Below, in pieces: positions 24,696-37,044 of a stretch of DNA of 64,000 bases (within the stretch, counting starts at the first letter, position 1; each line of letters starts with the position of its first letter). The stretch spans positions 48,732,001 to 48,796,000 of the forward strand of contig NC_043003.1 in the NCBI RefSeq assembly GCF_006345805.1, in the 5' to 3' direction. The position numbers and the translations under genes are program-made. The stretch is from Octopus sinensis. Lineage: Eukaryota. The notes below the pieces were generated by a model. The model did no database searches, was not told the DNA's origin, and was given only the letters and a program-made list of their open reading frames with translations.

Positions 24696-26753
24696 AGAGA
24701 GAGATAAAGAGATCTATAGTGAGAAAGGGAAATGAAATCGTTCAAGTTAAGGAAATCGTATAGAATTCGTTTCAAAATTTTAGTTATGTTTAAATAATTA
24801 TGATAATCTTTGCACTAGATAAAAGGTCATAGAAAGGCCACGAGTGGTCCGTGTGCTGCAAATTGCCTTTCTCTGATCGTTCGTTCAAGTTGCAACAAAT
24901 AGCAGCTAAGTCTCACTTGAATCATATTCAACTATCCTTTAAAAAGAGAAGGGCAAAAGAGTTATGAAAATAAAGAAAGATTGCCATGAATGGAATGTCA
25001 TCAAATTATTTTAGATCTGCTTGATCAGGACTAATCTGGCACCAAACAACAGCAAGATCAATTTTGGCTACCGTTTTTGCAACTATTTCGTAACAATCTT
25101 AAATTTCTGCAAGGCATTTTTATTTAAATGTACAGCTTTTCATTCATTTTTAAAAGTGTTCATAATAAAATAATACGAGCGCTACTATTAAAAAAATCTC
25201 TCTGATGTCCTTCAGCTTATATGTTTCATGTAAATACCGACTTAAAAATGTTCAAGCTGAAAATGAGCTGCAAAAATTTCACCAGCTTTCAAAGGACTAC
25301 AAAAATCACGAATGTTATTTTCTGTCTTTTACAGAGTTATGCCCCATGAGCATCAAGGGAAGTAACTTTTGTTAGAGAATTGATACTGTTTCTACAACCG
25401 TGTTCCCAATCTAAATATGTTTGAGATGTATTCGAACTCGTAAGGTCATTCGCTGCATTTTGTCACGGAGAAATATTCTCTGCAGACACCAGCATAATTT
25501 CGAAGCGTTCTCTATCCACATCGATAGAGGCATTCATTTCGAAGTAGTTATTTTTTCGTCAGCATCGAAACACTGGAAAGATAGCTACTCCGAAATACAT
25601 GCATCCATATGCATGAATATGTCTCATTCATATCTGAATATGTCTAAAACATATTTGAACTGGTAACCAGTGCTTCTAATCCGTATGATACCGTTTCTTT
25701 TTGAGGAGATTAATAAATCCTTTGTACTATAAGCACTGTGCCAGGAATTTGGTGGGGGAGAGTTCTAGACGAGTTCATCGACCTCAGTTGACTGGTACTT
25801 ATTTTATCTCCAAAAGGATGAAAGGCAAAGTCGACCTCAGCGGTATTTCAACTCAGATTGTAAAAACGGATGAAATACCGCAATGCATTTCGATCGGCGT
25901 GCTATAGATTCTGCCAGCACACTGCATAAAGGAGGCTTATAAATAATCCAAATATTTTACATAAAAACTAGCAGAATCGTTTACCTGTTGGACAAAATGC
26001 TCAGCGCCATTTCTTCCCGTTCTTTACGTTCTGAGTTCAAATCTTGCTGAGATCAACTTAACCTTTCATCTCTTCGAGGTTGATAAAATAAAGTACCAGT
26101 CAAGTACTGGGGGCGATGTAATCGACTCACCGTTTTCCCTCAAAATTACAGACTTCAAAAACTCTGTAACGAACCGGCTTCCTGTTCAAGTAGAATGCTG
26201 TTGTGATCTCGGCGATGTATAAAAATTTGGAAACCGTGAAACCGGGCTTGTGATTCCTTGAGGCTCGAATAAAAATAATTTCACAAGAAAGAGAAATGGG
26301 AAACATGTTCTCCATGCTTTCATCATGAGTATTAATGGTTTATATGAGTTTAATAATAAAATTGCATCGATACGGATTTGGGAACATAGTGCAATCCCGT
26401 TTTGGCTATTTTTTCTTTTTTTTTTGCTCGAGATGGAGGTTTTTGGAGGTCCTCGTAGACTGGAAAGATTTGCTACTTAATGTTGTTGTTGCACATGAAT
26501 ATCTCTGGTGAAAGTATGTAAATGAGAGAATTCCTGATGAATGACGTTCTTCGCTTAAAGGACTGAATAATTAGAAATTATAAAAACTAATTTTTAATTC
26601 ACCATTACCTTCTGCTGGAGCCGCATGGAGCTTAGGTGTTTCTCTCATAAACACACACATCGCCCAGTCTGAGATTCGAACCTACGATCCCTCGACCGCG
26701 AGTCCGCTGCTCTAACCACTAGGCCATGTACCTCTGGTACGTGGCCTAGTGGT

Positions 26754-26923
26754 TAGGTAGGTAGGTAGGTAGGTAGGTAGGTAGGTAGGTAGGTAGGTAG
26801 GCAGGCAGGCAGGCAGGCAAGCAGGTAGGTAGGTAGGTAGGTAGGTAGGTAGGTAGGTAGGTAGGTAGGTAGGTAGGTAGATAGGTAGGTAGGTGGGTAG
26901 GCAGGCAGGCAGGCAGGCTAGGT
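26754..26923. repeat. (TAGG)n/(CAGG)n microsatellite
   Basis: Directly visible. Confidence 0.98.
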
Positions 26924-26969
26924 ATTATTTAGCCACAAATACAAGGATTAAAATTTAAGCTTCATTATA

Positions 26970-27197
26970 CCTATTTCTTTATTACCCACAAGGGGCTAAA
27001 CATAGAGGGGACAAACAAGGACAGACATAGGTATTAAGTCGATTATATCGACCCCAGTGCGTAACTGGTACTTAATTTATCGACCCCGAAAGGATGAAAG
27101 GCAAAGTCGACCTCGGCGGAATTTGAACTCACAACGTAACGACAGACGAAATACCGCTAAGCATTTCGCCCGGTGTGCTAACGTTTCTGCCAGCTCT
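26970..27197 (-). mobile_element. SINE family A
   Basis: Near-consensus copy with CpGs intact. Confidence 0.9.
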
Positions 27198-27208
27198 CAG
27201 TATATATA

Positions 27209-27424
27209 CAAGGGATTGCTGAAAATTCCTGGCTTTGGGTAAAAGAAAATACAGGAGGATCAGTTCATTATGATTTTATCCAATATATCCCCTTCTCAGA
27301 TTCTCACACTTATTGCAGCGGTCCTTCAGTTTTTCTAAGCTCTGTAAAAGAACTCGGAATATTGGACCTCCAGCCAGACCTTTCGCGACTCCCTTAAAAC
27401 CAGGAACTTTCCAGCATCCCTTCG
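27209..27424. mobile_element. Tc1/mariner MITE copy 1
   Basis: TIRs CAAGGGATTGCTGAAAATTCCTGG / CCAGGAACTTTCCAGCATCCCTTCG with TA flanks; homologous to 53599 and 57352. Confidence 0.8.
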
Positions 27425-27710
27425 TATATATCATTATATTGTTGAATGAAACTCAAAGGTTGTAGCCCTAGTTTTATGCAGTGTTCGTATATTATTTATT
27501 TCCGAACAGATTCTAAAATCAATCTGGAATTTTGTATATTCTCATGTGAATTACGAAATTGTCCGTTGCCGCGTCGTGCTTGTGATGTATAGTCCCCAGG
27601 TCGCATTTCAGACTAAATGTGTTTTAAGCAAGTCTCATAGACATATTTTCACAGTTCCTCTTACGATGTTAATTTGCCGAATGCGTATTGAATTTCTCAT
27701 TCTCTCTCTT

Positions 27711-27787
27711 TCACTTCCCCAATCACTCTCTCTTCCCCAGTCTCTCTCTCTCTTCCCCAGTCTCTCTCTCTCTTCCCCAGTCTCTCC

Positions 27788-27838
<51 letters not shown>
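27711..27838. repeat. 20-bp pyrimidine-rich tandem repeat followed by (TTTC)n
   Basis: TCTCTCTCTCTCTTCCCCAG units are directly visible. Confidence 0.95.
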
Positions 27839-28354
27839 GTTATTGCATAGTTATTGAGTTCAACCACCTTTTTGAAAGGTCTCGTTTTTTGCACTTTTAC
27901 GCTTCTAGCAACCCTCTTTACTAGGTTCGCTGATGACACGATTATGTTCACATGTTGTACTGGATTTACAGTGCAAATAACCATTAGCACTCAAGACAGC
28001 CTAACTCTACATATTCGCTATTTGCTTCATCTTGTCAGATGATAGCCATATCATATTCATCTCCATTGTTCTGATTTATTTCCAAGTAAACTCCTGTTTC
28101 ATACATTCTGAAAAATATAGTTTCCCTTTCATAAGTTCCAAGTTGATCTGGTGGTCGAAAAAAAAAATGAGAGCGTGTATCATATATGATGCATGGACGC
28201 CAGAGAAATATGCCATGAGTATCGTCTGATACACAAGACAAAGTTAAAAAGTTAGCTAAGAGCAACTAAGTAGTAAAAGGAGGAAGATAATGCTATTCCA
28301 TGACAAATACTAGTTTGAGTACAAGCAAGAGACAACTCTGGACATATATCTGGC

Positions 28355-28560
28355 TTATTAACCCTGCGCGCGTAAGCGAAGCAGGGTTATTGTAAGTCGC
28401 TCGTCTTTTTGTCTGTGTGTTTACAAAATTACTAGAAAACAGCTGTATGGATTTTCACCAAATTTAGCAGAAATGCTCAGTGGGTGAGTGGCTCGAACTC
28501 ATTAAATTTTGGTTTGATTATCTTCAAACCTGGCGGATGGGTGTATAAATGATAAACAGG
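28355..28560 (+). mobile_element. Helentron-associated (HINE/DINE-1-like) element fragment
   Basis: TTATTAACCCTGC..GCAGGGTTATT subterminal hairpin, a short GTCTGT run, and a GGATTTTCACCAAATTT core. Confidence 0.5.
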
Positions 28561-29494
28561 AGAAATAACTCTTTATACAATTTTGTTGAAATATGAATTC
28601 GTCTGAGAATATATTTATTGAATTAAATTTTATGTTACCTCTATGTGCGTCCCTTCGATGCCCTTTTTTTTTTCATTAAATATATATCACTAAGCAAATG
28701 TATCTAAAACTGTATAGTTTGAGGCAATATTTAAGAAGAAAATTTCTCTAAGATGCTATCGGCATAAAAAGAAATATATAGTTAATATTGTCATATTTAG
28801 GAAATGAAGCATCTAAAAATTTAACTACAAATAGTTATACAGGAGAGAAAAATAAAAATTTAAAAAATTAGAATTGCACTAAGCAACTAGAAAGATATCC
28901 GTAGTAATAAATTATATTAAATATGTTCGTGGACATTCGAACATGGAAAGACTATACGCTGCACAAATTGTCTCAAGAGAAGAAAATTTCTTTGTAAAAG
29001 ATATGTGGTGTGTTTACACCCATATTGTCCATAATGAGGTTTTTCTCTCTCGGTGCAGCGTATTGTCTTTCCAAGCCTAAATGTACTCGAACATGTTGAA
29101 TATGATTATACATAGTTAGCTAGCTAACAAACAAACAACGTGCACTGATTTTCCATCTATCTAATTAACAACGAATTTGTTAAGAAACTGAGAACTATAT
29201 TATTATTATCCGAAACTCCTTTCCTCTCACCTCGAAAACTTTTTCACAACATATTCCTATGTAATTGGTACCTACACTAACTGAAAAGTATTTGTAGAAA
29301 ATTTTATTAAAAAATATCCATTTTTCTGAAAGTTATAAGGAAACAAATTTGAGCGGTAGATGAGGCGGGTGCAAACTTCTGTACGTATGTCACAGCATCT
29401 TAGTAATAAATCAAGATTCACAAACAAAATGTTAGTACCTCCTTTATTGTTCGTTTTGTTTGTTTTTCTGGTTAATGTTGACATTATTACCCGG

Positions 29495-30030
29495 AAACAA
29501 AATCGAAAAAAAAAAAGAAGCTACGGGTGTAAAAAAGAAAGGTGTGACATTTAGGAAATTTTTTTTTTTTTTAATGAAATTTTATATAAATACCTTTCAA
29601 ACGGTATAGATTACGATTATAAAGCAAACCCCATTGCTTTCCGCACATTTTTTATTTTCAGCTTCGTTTTCTACGTGGGTATGAAGTAGAAAGATATCCA
29701 TTTTCCTGAAAGTTACGAGGGAAGAACATCGGATCTTGTGAATTTTCTGAAGTCCACGCCCCACCCCCTTGGAAAAGATTTTCCCCACAAATTTCTTTAT
29801 AATCGTAATCTATACCGTTTGAAACGTATTTAAATAAATTTCATTAAAAAAAACCCCCATTTTCCTAAAAGTTATGAGGGAAAAACATCGGATCTTGTGA
29901 ATTTTCCGAGGGCCTTTCCCCCTACTCACCCTCTGTTGCTTTCCCGAAAATTTTGCTTTCATAATTGTTTCCTACACCTTTTTTTTTTACACCCGTTGCA
30001 CTATTTTTTTCTCTTTTTTTTTTCGATTAA
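29495..30030. mobile_element. Palindromic non-autonomous DNA element
   Basis: Nested inverted repeats (CGGGTGTAAAAAAG / TTTTTACACCCG; CAAACGGTATAGATTACGATTATAAAG / CTTTATAATCGTAATCTATACCGTTTG) plus an internal ~50-bp direct repeat. Confidence 0.65.
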
Positions 30031-30179
30031 ACTTTTTTTTCGTTATACTTTTTATACAGCAGACGTCCCTGCGTATTCCTCCTCCTCCTCCTCCTACTCA
30101 TTCGTTTGAGGACAACAATACAAGGTTACTGTAATTTGATTTATGTCGATCCAGGCTAACGTTTGTACGTGTCTATGTT

Positions 30180-30225
30180 TGTGTGACGTCTTGATTGCAT
30201 CAGACGAAACATGGTTTGTTTACGA
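30180..30225. promoter_or_regulatory. Candidate stress enhancer: CRE-like + C/EBP-ATF (AARE) + forkhead sites
   Basis: TGACGTC 30184-30190, ATTGCATCA 30194-30202 and TGTTTAC 30217-30223 clustered in unique sequence. Confidence 0.35.
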
Positions 30226-31412
30226 CGGCTTCATTGAAAATGACAGAGAAATCACAGTCGGTGTTCCTTAAATGTGTTTATATTAACATACTATATTATA
30301 GTATGTCAGAGACAATTTCGATGAAGAGGTGGTAACCAGATAAGAGGGGGTGGGTAGAATGTAGTATTTAAAAAAGAAATTAAAAGAGAAGGGGAGAAAG
30401 TGTTGAAGTACGAGGTGGACTTTTTTTTCTCTCGTTTGTTTTTGGTTTTGTTTTTAAACATTGCCACGTTCGTATTTTTCGACTTCTTGATTGTACTTAG
30501 AGTAGTCGTCGTTCATGTTATGGTAGCACATACAGGACAGATTGCAAAAGCGAAAACACCAGGATGGTTTAAGAAACAAGCTTGAGTGAAGGACAATCAG
30601 AAATATATAAGATGACAGGACATGAAAGAGACGGAGGGAGCGGAGAAGAAAGAAGAGGCAACAGACAAATAGACAGACAGACACTGATTCTGATTGAGAA
30701 AACTATAACCAGAAGACCTCCAAACGCGACTTTCCTCTCTTTTATATTTCAGGAGTAGTCTATCTAATATTGCATTATTCAATGTGGTCTCCAAGAGCAC
30801 TTTTTATGAAAATATTGTGATTTAGGAGAAATTTAGCTGCTATTTCTAGCAAGTCAATACATAAAGTAGGAGGCGTGGGCAAACTTTTCCGTGAACTGGA
30901 CCGCATAAGACATGGCTCATCATGCGATGGGCCACACCGCTAAAAACATTCAAGGTAAATTTTCGTTAGACGCGCCATTCAGAGAGTCCCGTGATCCGCA
31001 GGGGTCTGAATGACATGCATGTGGCTCGTAGGACACAGTTTTCCCATGACTGATATAGAGATAATTTTGTTGGCTCCTGTATGAGTGTGTGCGAAACAGA
31101 ATATTTATGGAACGGGAGTGAAATAGAGAGGGTGCGGGGAAACGAATGCCATGTGATCCATTTGTCGTTAGAAAATCACTTAGACTCTTTAGCGCTATAT
31201 TGTATGTCCAGAAAGTCAAAATTGTCGTGCTTGTCTCAGTCTTGTGACCTAATAAAAAGCCTATCATATGATAGTACCCTTATTGGTGATACTGACTCCA
31301 GTGAAACATCATCTTACCATCTATTTACAGCTTGGCAGACTGATCCATTAACAGCTGTCTTAACCAGAAACAGAACACTGCATGACTTTGTACATAAAAC
31401 GTGACGCTAGAT

Positions 31413-31631
31413 CAGTGCTTTTCAACCTTTTTGCTGGAGCGGAACCCCAAGGAAACATTCCACTGGCTCGAGGAACCCCTGTGCAATAATTTAATAGTCT
31501 TATGCACACATATCTGCACAGGAGAATTAAAAATTACTGCCGATTTTAGCAGTTTTGTAACTTCTTGCGAAACCCCTGGACTGTACTGGCGGAACCCTAA
31601 GGTTCCACGGAACCCTGGTTGAAAACCACTG
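31413..31631. mobile_element. hAT (Charlie-like) MITE
   Basis: TIRs CAGTGCTTTTCAACC / GGTTGAAAACCACTG (14/15) and a perfect 8-bp TSD CGCTAGAT (31405-31412, 31632-31639). Confidence 0.92.
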
Positions 31632-31895
31632 CGCTAGATCAACGCACCCAGGTACAATTCTTCGTGGTGTGAATCAGAACAAAAGAAAACGTTGGGGTGG
31701 TAGTATAACAGGGAAACTCAAATCTAAAATAGATATAAGCAAAGCATGAGCTTCTTAAGGTTATGAGACATTCTGATACACAGCCGTTTTGGCGCCGTCG
31801 TTTTGGCATCGCTGCTTTGGCGTTGCCCATTTGGCGTGCTGATTCGACGTTGATTTATTTAACATCAGATGCTTTAATGTTTCTCTCCCCCCCCC

Positions 31896-31927
31896 TCTCT
31901 CTCTTTCTCTTTCTCTCTCTCTCTCTG

Positions 31928-32004
<77 letters not shown>

Positions 32005-32050
32005 TTGTGGGTGCATCTTATATTTTTGTATGTGGTATGTATGTGTAATG

Positions 32051-32090
<40 letters not shown>
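31896..32090. repeat. (CT)n/(CTAT)n microsatellites
   Basis: Directly visible. Confidence 0.95.
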
Positions 32091-32092
<2 letters not shown>

Positions 32093-33063
32093 TCTTTTTA
32101 CTCTGTCACTTTCACTATCTATACAGGTAAATTTCTGCACGCGTGCTCGTGAGTTTGCCTCTAGTGCCAAAACGTACTGTCGTCAGTACTGGTTAAATAA
32201 CCAATCGGCTATATAGTTAGCGTCCGAACAGATACGTCCAATCAACTCATTCCTGTTTCATCTCCTTTTCAGTTACGTAAACGTGATCCTTCAATGTTTT
32301 GATGGATTGTTCTCTCACACTTATCATATCAGGTCTTCAGTAATATATGAGGTGCTCTTCAAAGAGAAGGAGGAAGAGAGGGAGAGAGAGGGGGAGAGAC
32401 ACACAGACAGACATACAGAGGCAGATAGACAAACAGAAACAGATAGACAGATACACAAAGTTTTGAGTTGTTTGGCCCCAAATTGATTCTGACTGAGAAA
32501 ACAGTGACCAGAAGACGCCATTCTCCCAGTTTTCTTTTTATTCCAGTGAAGAAAAAACCGTCATATCGCCCTTCTTTTACATTCTCTTTTTTCACTATCT
32601 CTTTCTTTCTTTTGCTACCTCCATCTCCTTCCAATGCCATTAATGGTCCATATCTACTACACTTATGATTCTGAGAGAGCTGCTATATATATATATATTA
32701 TATATATATATACATATATACTTTGGGTATCGTAGATGAGTTCAGCAAAAATTTAGATTCAGCTGAATATCGTACTTAAGTTTTGTTGAGGCACCAGAAT
32801 TTAGTACGGTATTATCCATACAATTTCAAAGTAAGGTGATTAAAATCAAAATAAGCAACAAGGATATTCAGAGGTAATGCAGTACGATCGTTTCATGCAA
32901 CTCTATTTAATTGAATTATATGTCTTTGTGCAGCTGAAGATTGCTCTACATTTTAAATTGATGTAATGATTGCATTGTTCAATTAAATGGAGTTGCATGA
33001 AACGATGGTACTGCATTACCTCTGGATATCCTTGTTGCTTATTTTGATTATATTTTAATTTCT

Positions 33064-33141
<78 letters not shown>

Positions 33142-33174
33142 CATATATATATATGATAGTGTTATGACAATATA

Positions 33175-33573
33175 ATTTTCTACTCTAGGCATGAGGCCCA
33201 AAAATTTTGGGGGAGGTGGAAGTCGATTAGATCGACCCCAGTACGCAACTAGTACTTAATTTATCGACCTTCGAAAGGATGAAAGGCAAAGTCGATCTCG
33301 GCGTAATTTGAACTCAGAACGTAAAGACAGTCGAAATATCTATTTCTTTACTACCCACAAGGGGCTACACACAGATGAGACAAACAAGGACAGACAAACG
33401 GATTAAGTCGATTACATCGACTCCAGTGCGTAACTGGTACTTAATTTATCGACCCCGAAAGGTTGAAAAGCAAAGTCGACCTCGGCGGAATTTGAATTCA
33501 GAACGTAACGGCAGACGTAATACAGTTACGCATTTCGCCCGGCGTGTTAACGTTTCTGCCAGCTCGGCACCTC
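33175..33573 (-). mobile_element. SINE family A, dimeric with two different tails
   Basis: Same structure as 20515-20902. Confidence 0.9.
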
Positions 33574-33914
33574 ATAGTGTACCTGTTTCTAATCACATTT
33601 TTTTAATGCTCATTACATTAGATAAGTTCATCCTTACTTAGCTTTACGTTGTGGTGATAAAACCTCGTCCTTTAAAAAAAACTAATGAGTACTAATTAAA
33701 AACGAATGACTACAACTTTCTGTGATGAGAACCAAAGTCTATAATAAAAGATATTTGCCCAAAGTGAACCTGGAACCATATGGATGGGAAACAAACTTTT
33801 TACCACACAACCACACTGCCCAGAATTTGATCGCAGAAATATACTGGTGAAAACGAGCCATCATCCTGCGCTTCTTTCTCAAAGCTTTTCTTGGTCACTT
33901 ACTTTTGAATGTGT

Positions 33915-34240
33915 GAAGGCGCGTGGCTTAATGGTTAGGGCATTCGGCTCACGATAAAAGGTCGTGAGTTCGATTCCCGGCGACGCTTTGTGTCCTTGAG
34001 CAAGACACTTTATTTCGCGTTGCTCCAGTCCACTCAGCTGGCAAAAATGAGTTGTACCTGTATTTCAAAGGGCCGGCCTTGTCACACTCTTTGTCACGCT
34101 GAATCTCCCTGAGAACTACGTTAGGGGTACACGTGTCTGTGGATTGCTCAGCCACTTGCACATTAATTTCACAAGCAAGCTGTTCCGTTGATCGTATCAG
34201 CTTGGGCCTTCGTCGTCGTAACCGACGGAATGCTCCTTCC
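33915..34240 (+). mobile_element. SINE family C (head GAAGGCGCGTGGCTTAGTGGTTAG, core TGTGTCCTTGAGCAAGACACTTTA..CCAGTCCACTCAGCTG)
   Basis: Pol III A and B boxes. Related copies at 6059-6205 (+), 48343-48570 (+) and 49050-49180 (-). Confidence 0.85.
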
Positions 34241-34591
34241 TTCATACTTTTGAATGTATTGTTTTCTTTTAACAAGACGCCCTGCATTGTGCTTTGAGGG
34301 TAAGATAGAATTTCGTAACGTTTATCTTACTTGGAAAGACATTAACAATGAAACAGCTGCAATAGAAATTTGAAACCGTGTTGCACTTTTTGCTTGTTCA
34401 AAGAAACTTGCGTCTTGTTTACTGCAAATAAACTTAAGGTAGGTATTTATTATGGAAGAGGAGTGGAAATAATGCTATGACAAATGCCTCTCATAAAATA
34501 TTTAAAATATCTTATCGTCGTAATTAAAAGGAAACAACGACAACTTGACTTTCTCCACAGTGAGTAATTTTTTATACTACTTTATCTCAAA

Positions 34592-34991
34592 CTAGCAGTA
34601 TCACCCGGCGTTGCTCGGGTTTGTAAGGGAAATAACTATATAAGCATTTTTAGATAGTTATAGCCAAAAAATAGCAAAAAAATGCATTAAAAATGGAAAA
34701 TAAAATGATGGTAAATTTTTTTTTAAAATCGTTGACTTATCGTAGACATTTTTAGAGAGTTACTTCCCTTATATAATAGCGTAAAATGCATTAAAATGGG
34801 AAAAAAATGATGTTAAATTTTTTTTTAAATCGTAGACTCATCGTAGACGCGCGCTAATACCCAGAAGGGCTTGATATGAATCACGACTATAAGATACCCG
34901 GTTTTGGTTAAACTGCACCGCAAAATGTGGGAGTAGTTAGGAATCTAAATTGTAGGAGACAGACACACAACTTTACTTTTATATATAAAGA
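34592..34991 (-). mobile_element. Non-autonomous Helitron, 400 bp
   Basis: The - strand starts TCTTTATATAT and ends with hairpin CCCGAGCAACGCCGGG then CTAG. It sits between A and T with no TSD and carries an internal duplication. Confidence 0.85.
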
Positions 34992-35059
34992 TTATCGGCA
35001 AGCTACGTTTCTAAGAGCAACCTTTGCCCACGAAGTCTTCCATAAAGAAATTAATAAAA

Positions 35060-35230
35060 CAAACAAATGAATCAATAAAATTCAGCCACGACGTAAGAGT
35101 CACGTGGAAAGCAGAAAACAACAACAGTCAGCTGTTTGTTGTAATTCATTTAAAGTTCCTTTGCACATTGCCACACGTCACTTAGACAGATATCTTTCGA
35201 AAACAACGTTGTTGACATCATTATAACTAC
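35060..35230 (+). promoter_or_regulatory. Putative NUPR1 proximal promoter
   Basis: TGAATCA (AP-1-like), GACGTAA, GTCACGTGG (E-box), CCACACGTCA (CRE half site), and TGACATCA directly followed by TTATAA, 200-360 bp upstream of the ATG. CpGs are retained locally. Confidence 0.55.
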
Positions 35231-35428
35231 AACAGCCTATTAGCGTGAAGAATTTGTTTGCTCTCTCTCACTACATTAAATATATTAATAAATTCTTATA
35301 TACTTAGAGCAAACAGAAAATTGTTGACTGAGACTTGATTCCTCGAAATTATTCGGATACGGAGACAAACACTTTGCATGCACGGATAAATTGAATAATA
35401 AAATAACCTTTAAAGAAACAAGTTAACA

Positions 35429-35674
35429 ATGTCTTCGCACGAAGAAAAACCAGAATACACAGATGACTTTGACGAGTATAATATTAACCAAGACAAATTT
35501 ATTCACTCCAGTCACAGTGGTAAAGGGCGGTCGAAGAAAGAAGCTGGTCTACATACCAACCATGCCGATCCAGGAGGACACACGCGCAAAGCTGTTAATA
35601 AACTTGTTAATAACAGTCATAACACCCATAAACCACATAATCCGACTGGGGAGGGTCAGGCATCAAAAAAGTGA
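35429..35674 (+). CDS. NUPR1: Nuclear protein 1 / p8 (NUPR1) family small stress-induced chromatin protein, 81 aa
   Basis: Intact ORF with AACAATGT start. Contains GKGRSKKEAGLHTNHADPGGHTRKAVNKLVN, matching the p8 signature GRTKREAAANTNRPSPGGHERKLVTKLQN, preceded by an acidic D-x-YN segment. Lies in non-repetitive sequence. Confidence 0.92.
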   Translation: MSSHEEKPEYTDDFDEYNINQDKFIHSSHSGKGRSKKEAGLHTNHADPGGHTRKAVNKLVNNSHNTHKPHNPTGEGQASKK

Positions 35675-35965
35675 ATGATGGCATCTGAAAATGTAAGTAA
35701 AAAGTGTGTGTTTAAATGTATCTTTGTGCAGTATCGTAACTGGGAGGGAGACGTGCTGCATCCAAAATGATGTCAGTAGAACGGAAATATTTTTATGGGG
35801 CCGGCACACTTGTGCTTGGGTGTCACACACTCCAAGTCACTTCACTGTCTATGCATATATGCAAGTATATATATATTTGCGCGTATGTTTATGTATTTAT
35901 GCATATATGTACGTATGTATGCATGTATATATGAATTTATGCATGTGTGTATATATATGTAACGA

Positions 35966-36018
<53 letters not shown>

Positions 36019-36627
36019 GTGTGTATGTGTACTCCCCTCCCGCACATACAGTAATCAACTTCGCGTTAACTGAAACTCTGTTTACGGAATTTCGCACTTG
36101 AGGAAATTGTAAAGTATGAACGCTGTTTTCTGGATACGGCTTGTAATTCCACCTTTTCAGAAATTCAGGTAAACTTTTGCAAGTTTATAAACTAAAATCG
36201 TCTTGCATGTACATGTATTAAAATATCGTGTGATCCTTTGTGGGTGAGTGATGTTGTCTACAAATACCGAAGGATTGCTACTCATTGTTTTTAGAAATAG
36301 ACCTTGAGCGAGGAACGCTAATAGGTGGAGGTAAAGAATACATACACCGCCCGTTTTCGGCGTAACAAAAACCCTAACCCTAATCTTAACCCTCAACCCT
36401 AACCACCAGGTATACGCATTCTTTACTTTCGCCCATTTATATGCATGGTCGTTCCAGTAGTCATTTATTTGTCTCCATTCTGTATAGAGTTTCGTAGCTA
36501 ATAGCTCGCCAAATCCCTTTTCGGTAAATTTTTATATTAACACCCGCACGATTTTCACCAAGAAAAATATCTATAAGACAGGTTTATAAACATCGAATAG
36601 CTATGGGGATCCACCAGAATAGAATAG

Positions 36628-37044
36628 TAAGGCGGCGAGCTGGCAGAAACGTTAGCATACTGAATGAAATGCTTAGGGGTATTTTGTCTGCGTTACGTTG
36701 TGAGTTCAAATTCCGCCGAGGTCGACTTTGCCTTTCATCCTTTCGGGGTCGATAAATTAAGTACCAGTTACGCACTGGGGTCGATGTAATCGACTTAATA
36801 CCTATGTCTGTCCTTGTTTGTCCCCTCTGTGTTTAGCCCCTTGTGGGTAGTAAAGAAATAGGTATTTTGTCTGCGTTACGTTGTGAGTTCAAATTCCGCC
36901 GAGGTCGACTTTGCCTTTCATCCTTTCGGGGTCGATTAAATAAGTATCAGTTTCGCACTGGTGTCGATGTTATCGACTTAATCTGTTTGTCTGTCCTTGT
37001 TTGTCCCCTCTGTGTGTAACCCCTTGTGGGCAGTAAAGAAATAA
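36628..37044 (+). mobile_element. SINE family A, dimeric, young
   Basis: CpGs intact; TSD-like AGAATAGAAT flanks. Confidence 0.9.

Noticed and set aside
36370-36405. Telomere or interstitial telomeric array (CCCTAA)
   Set aside because: Only about five imperfect units; more likely part of an interspersed element.
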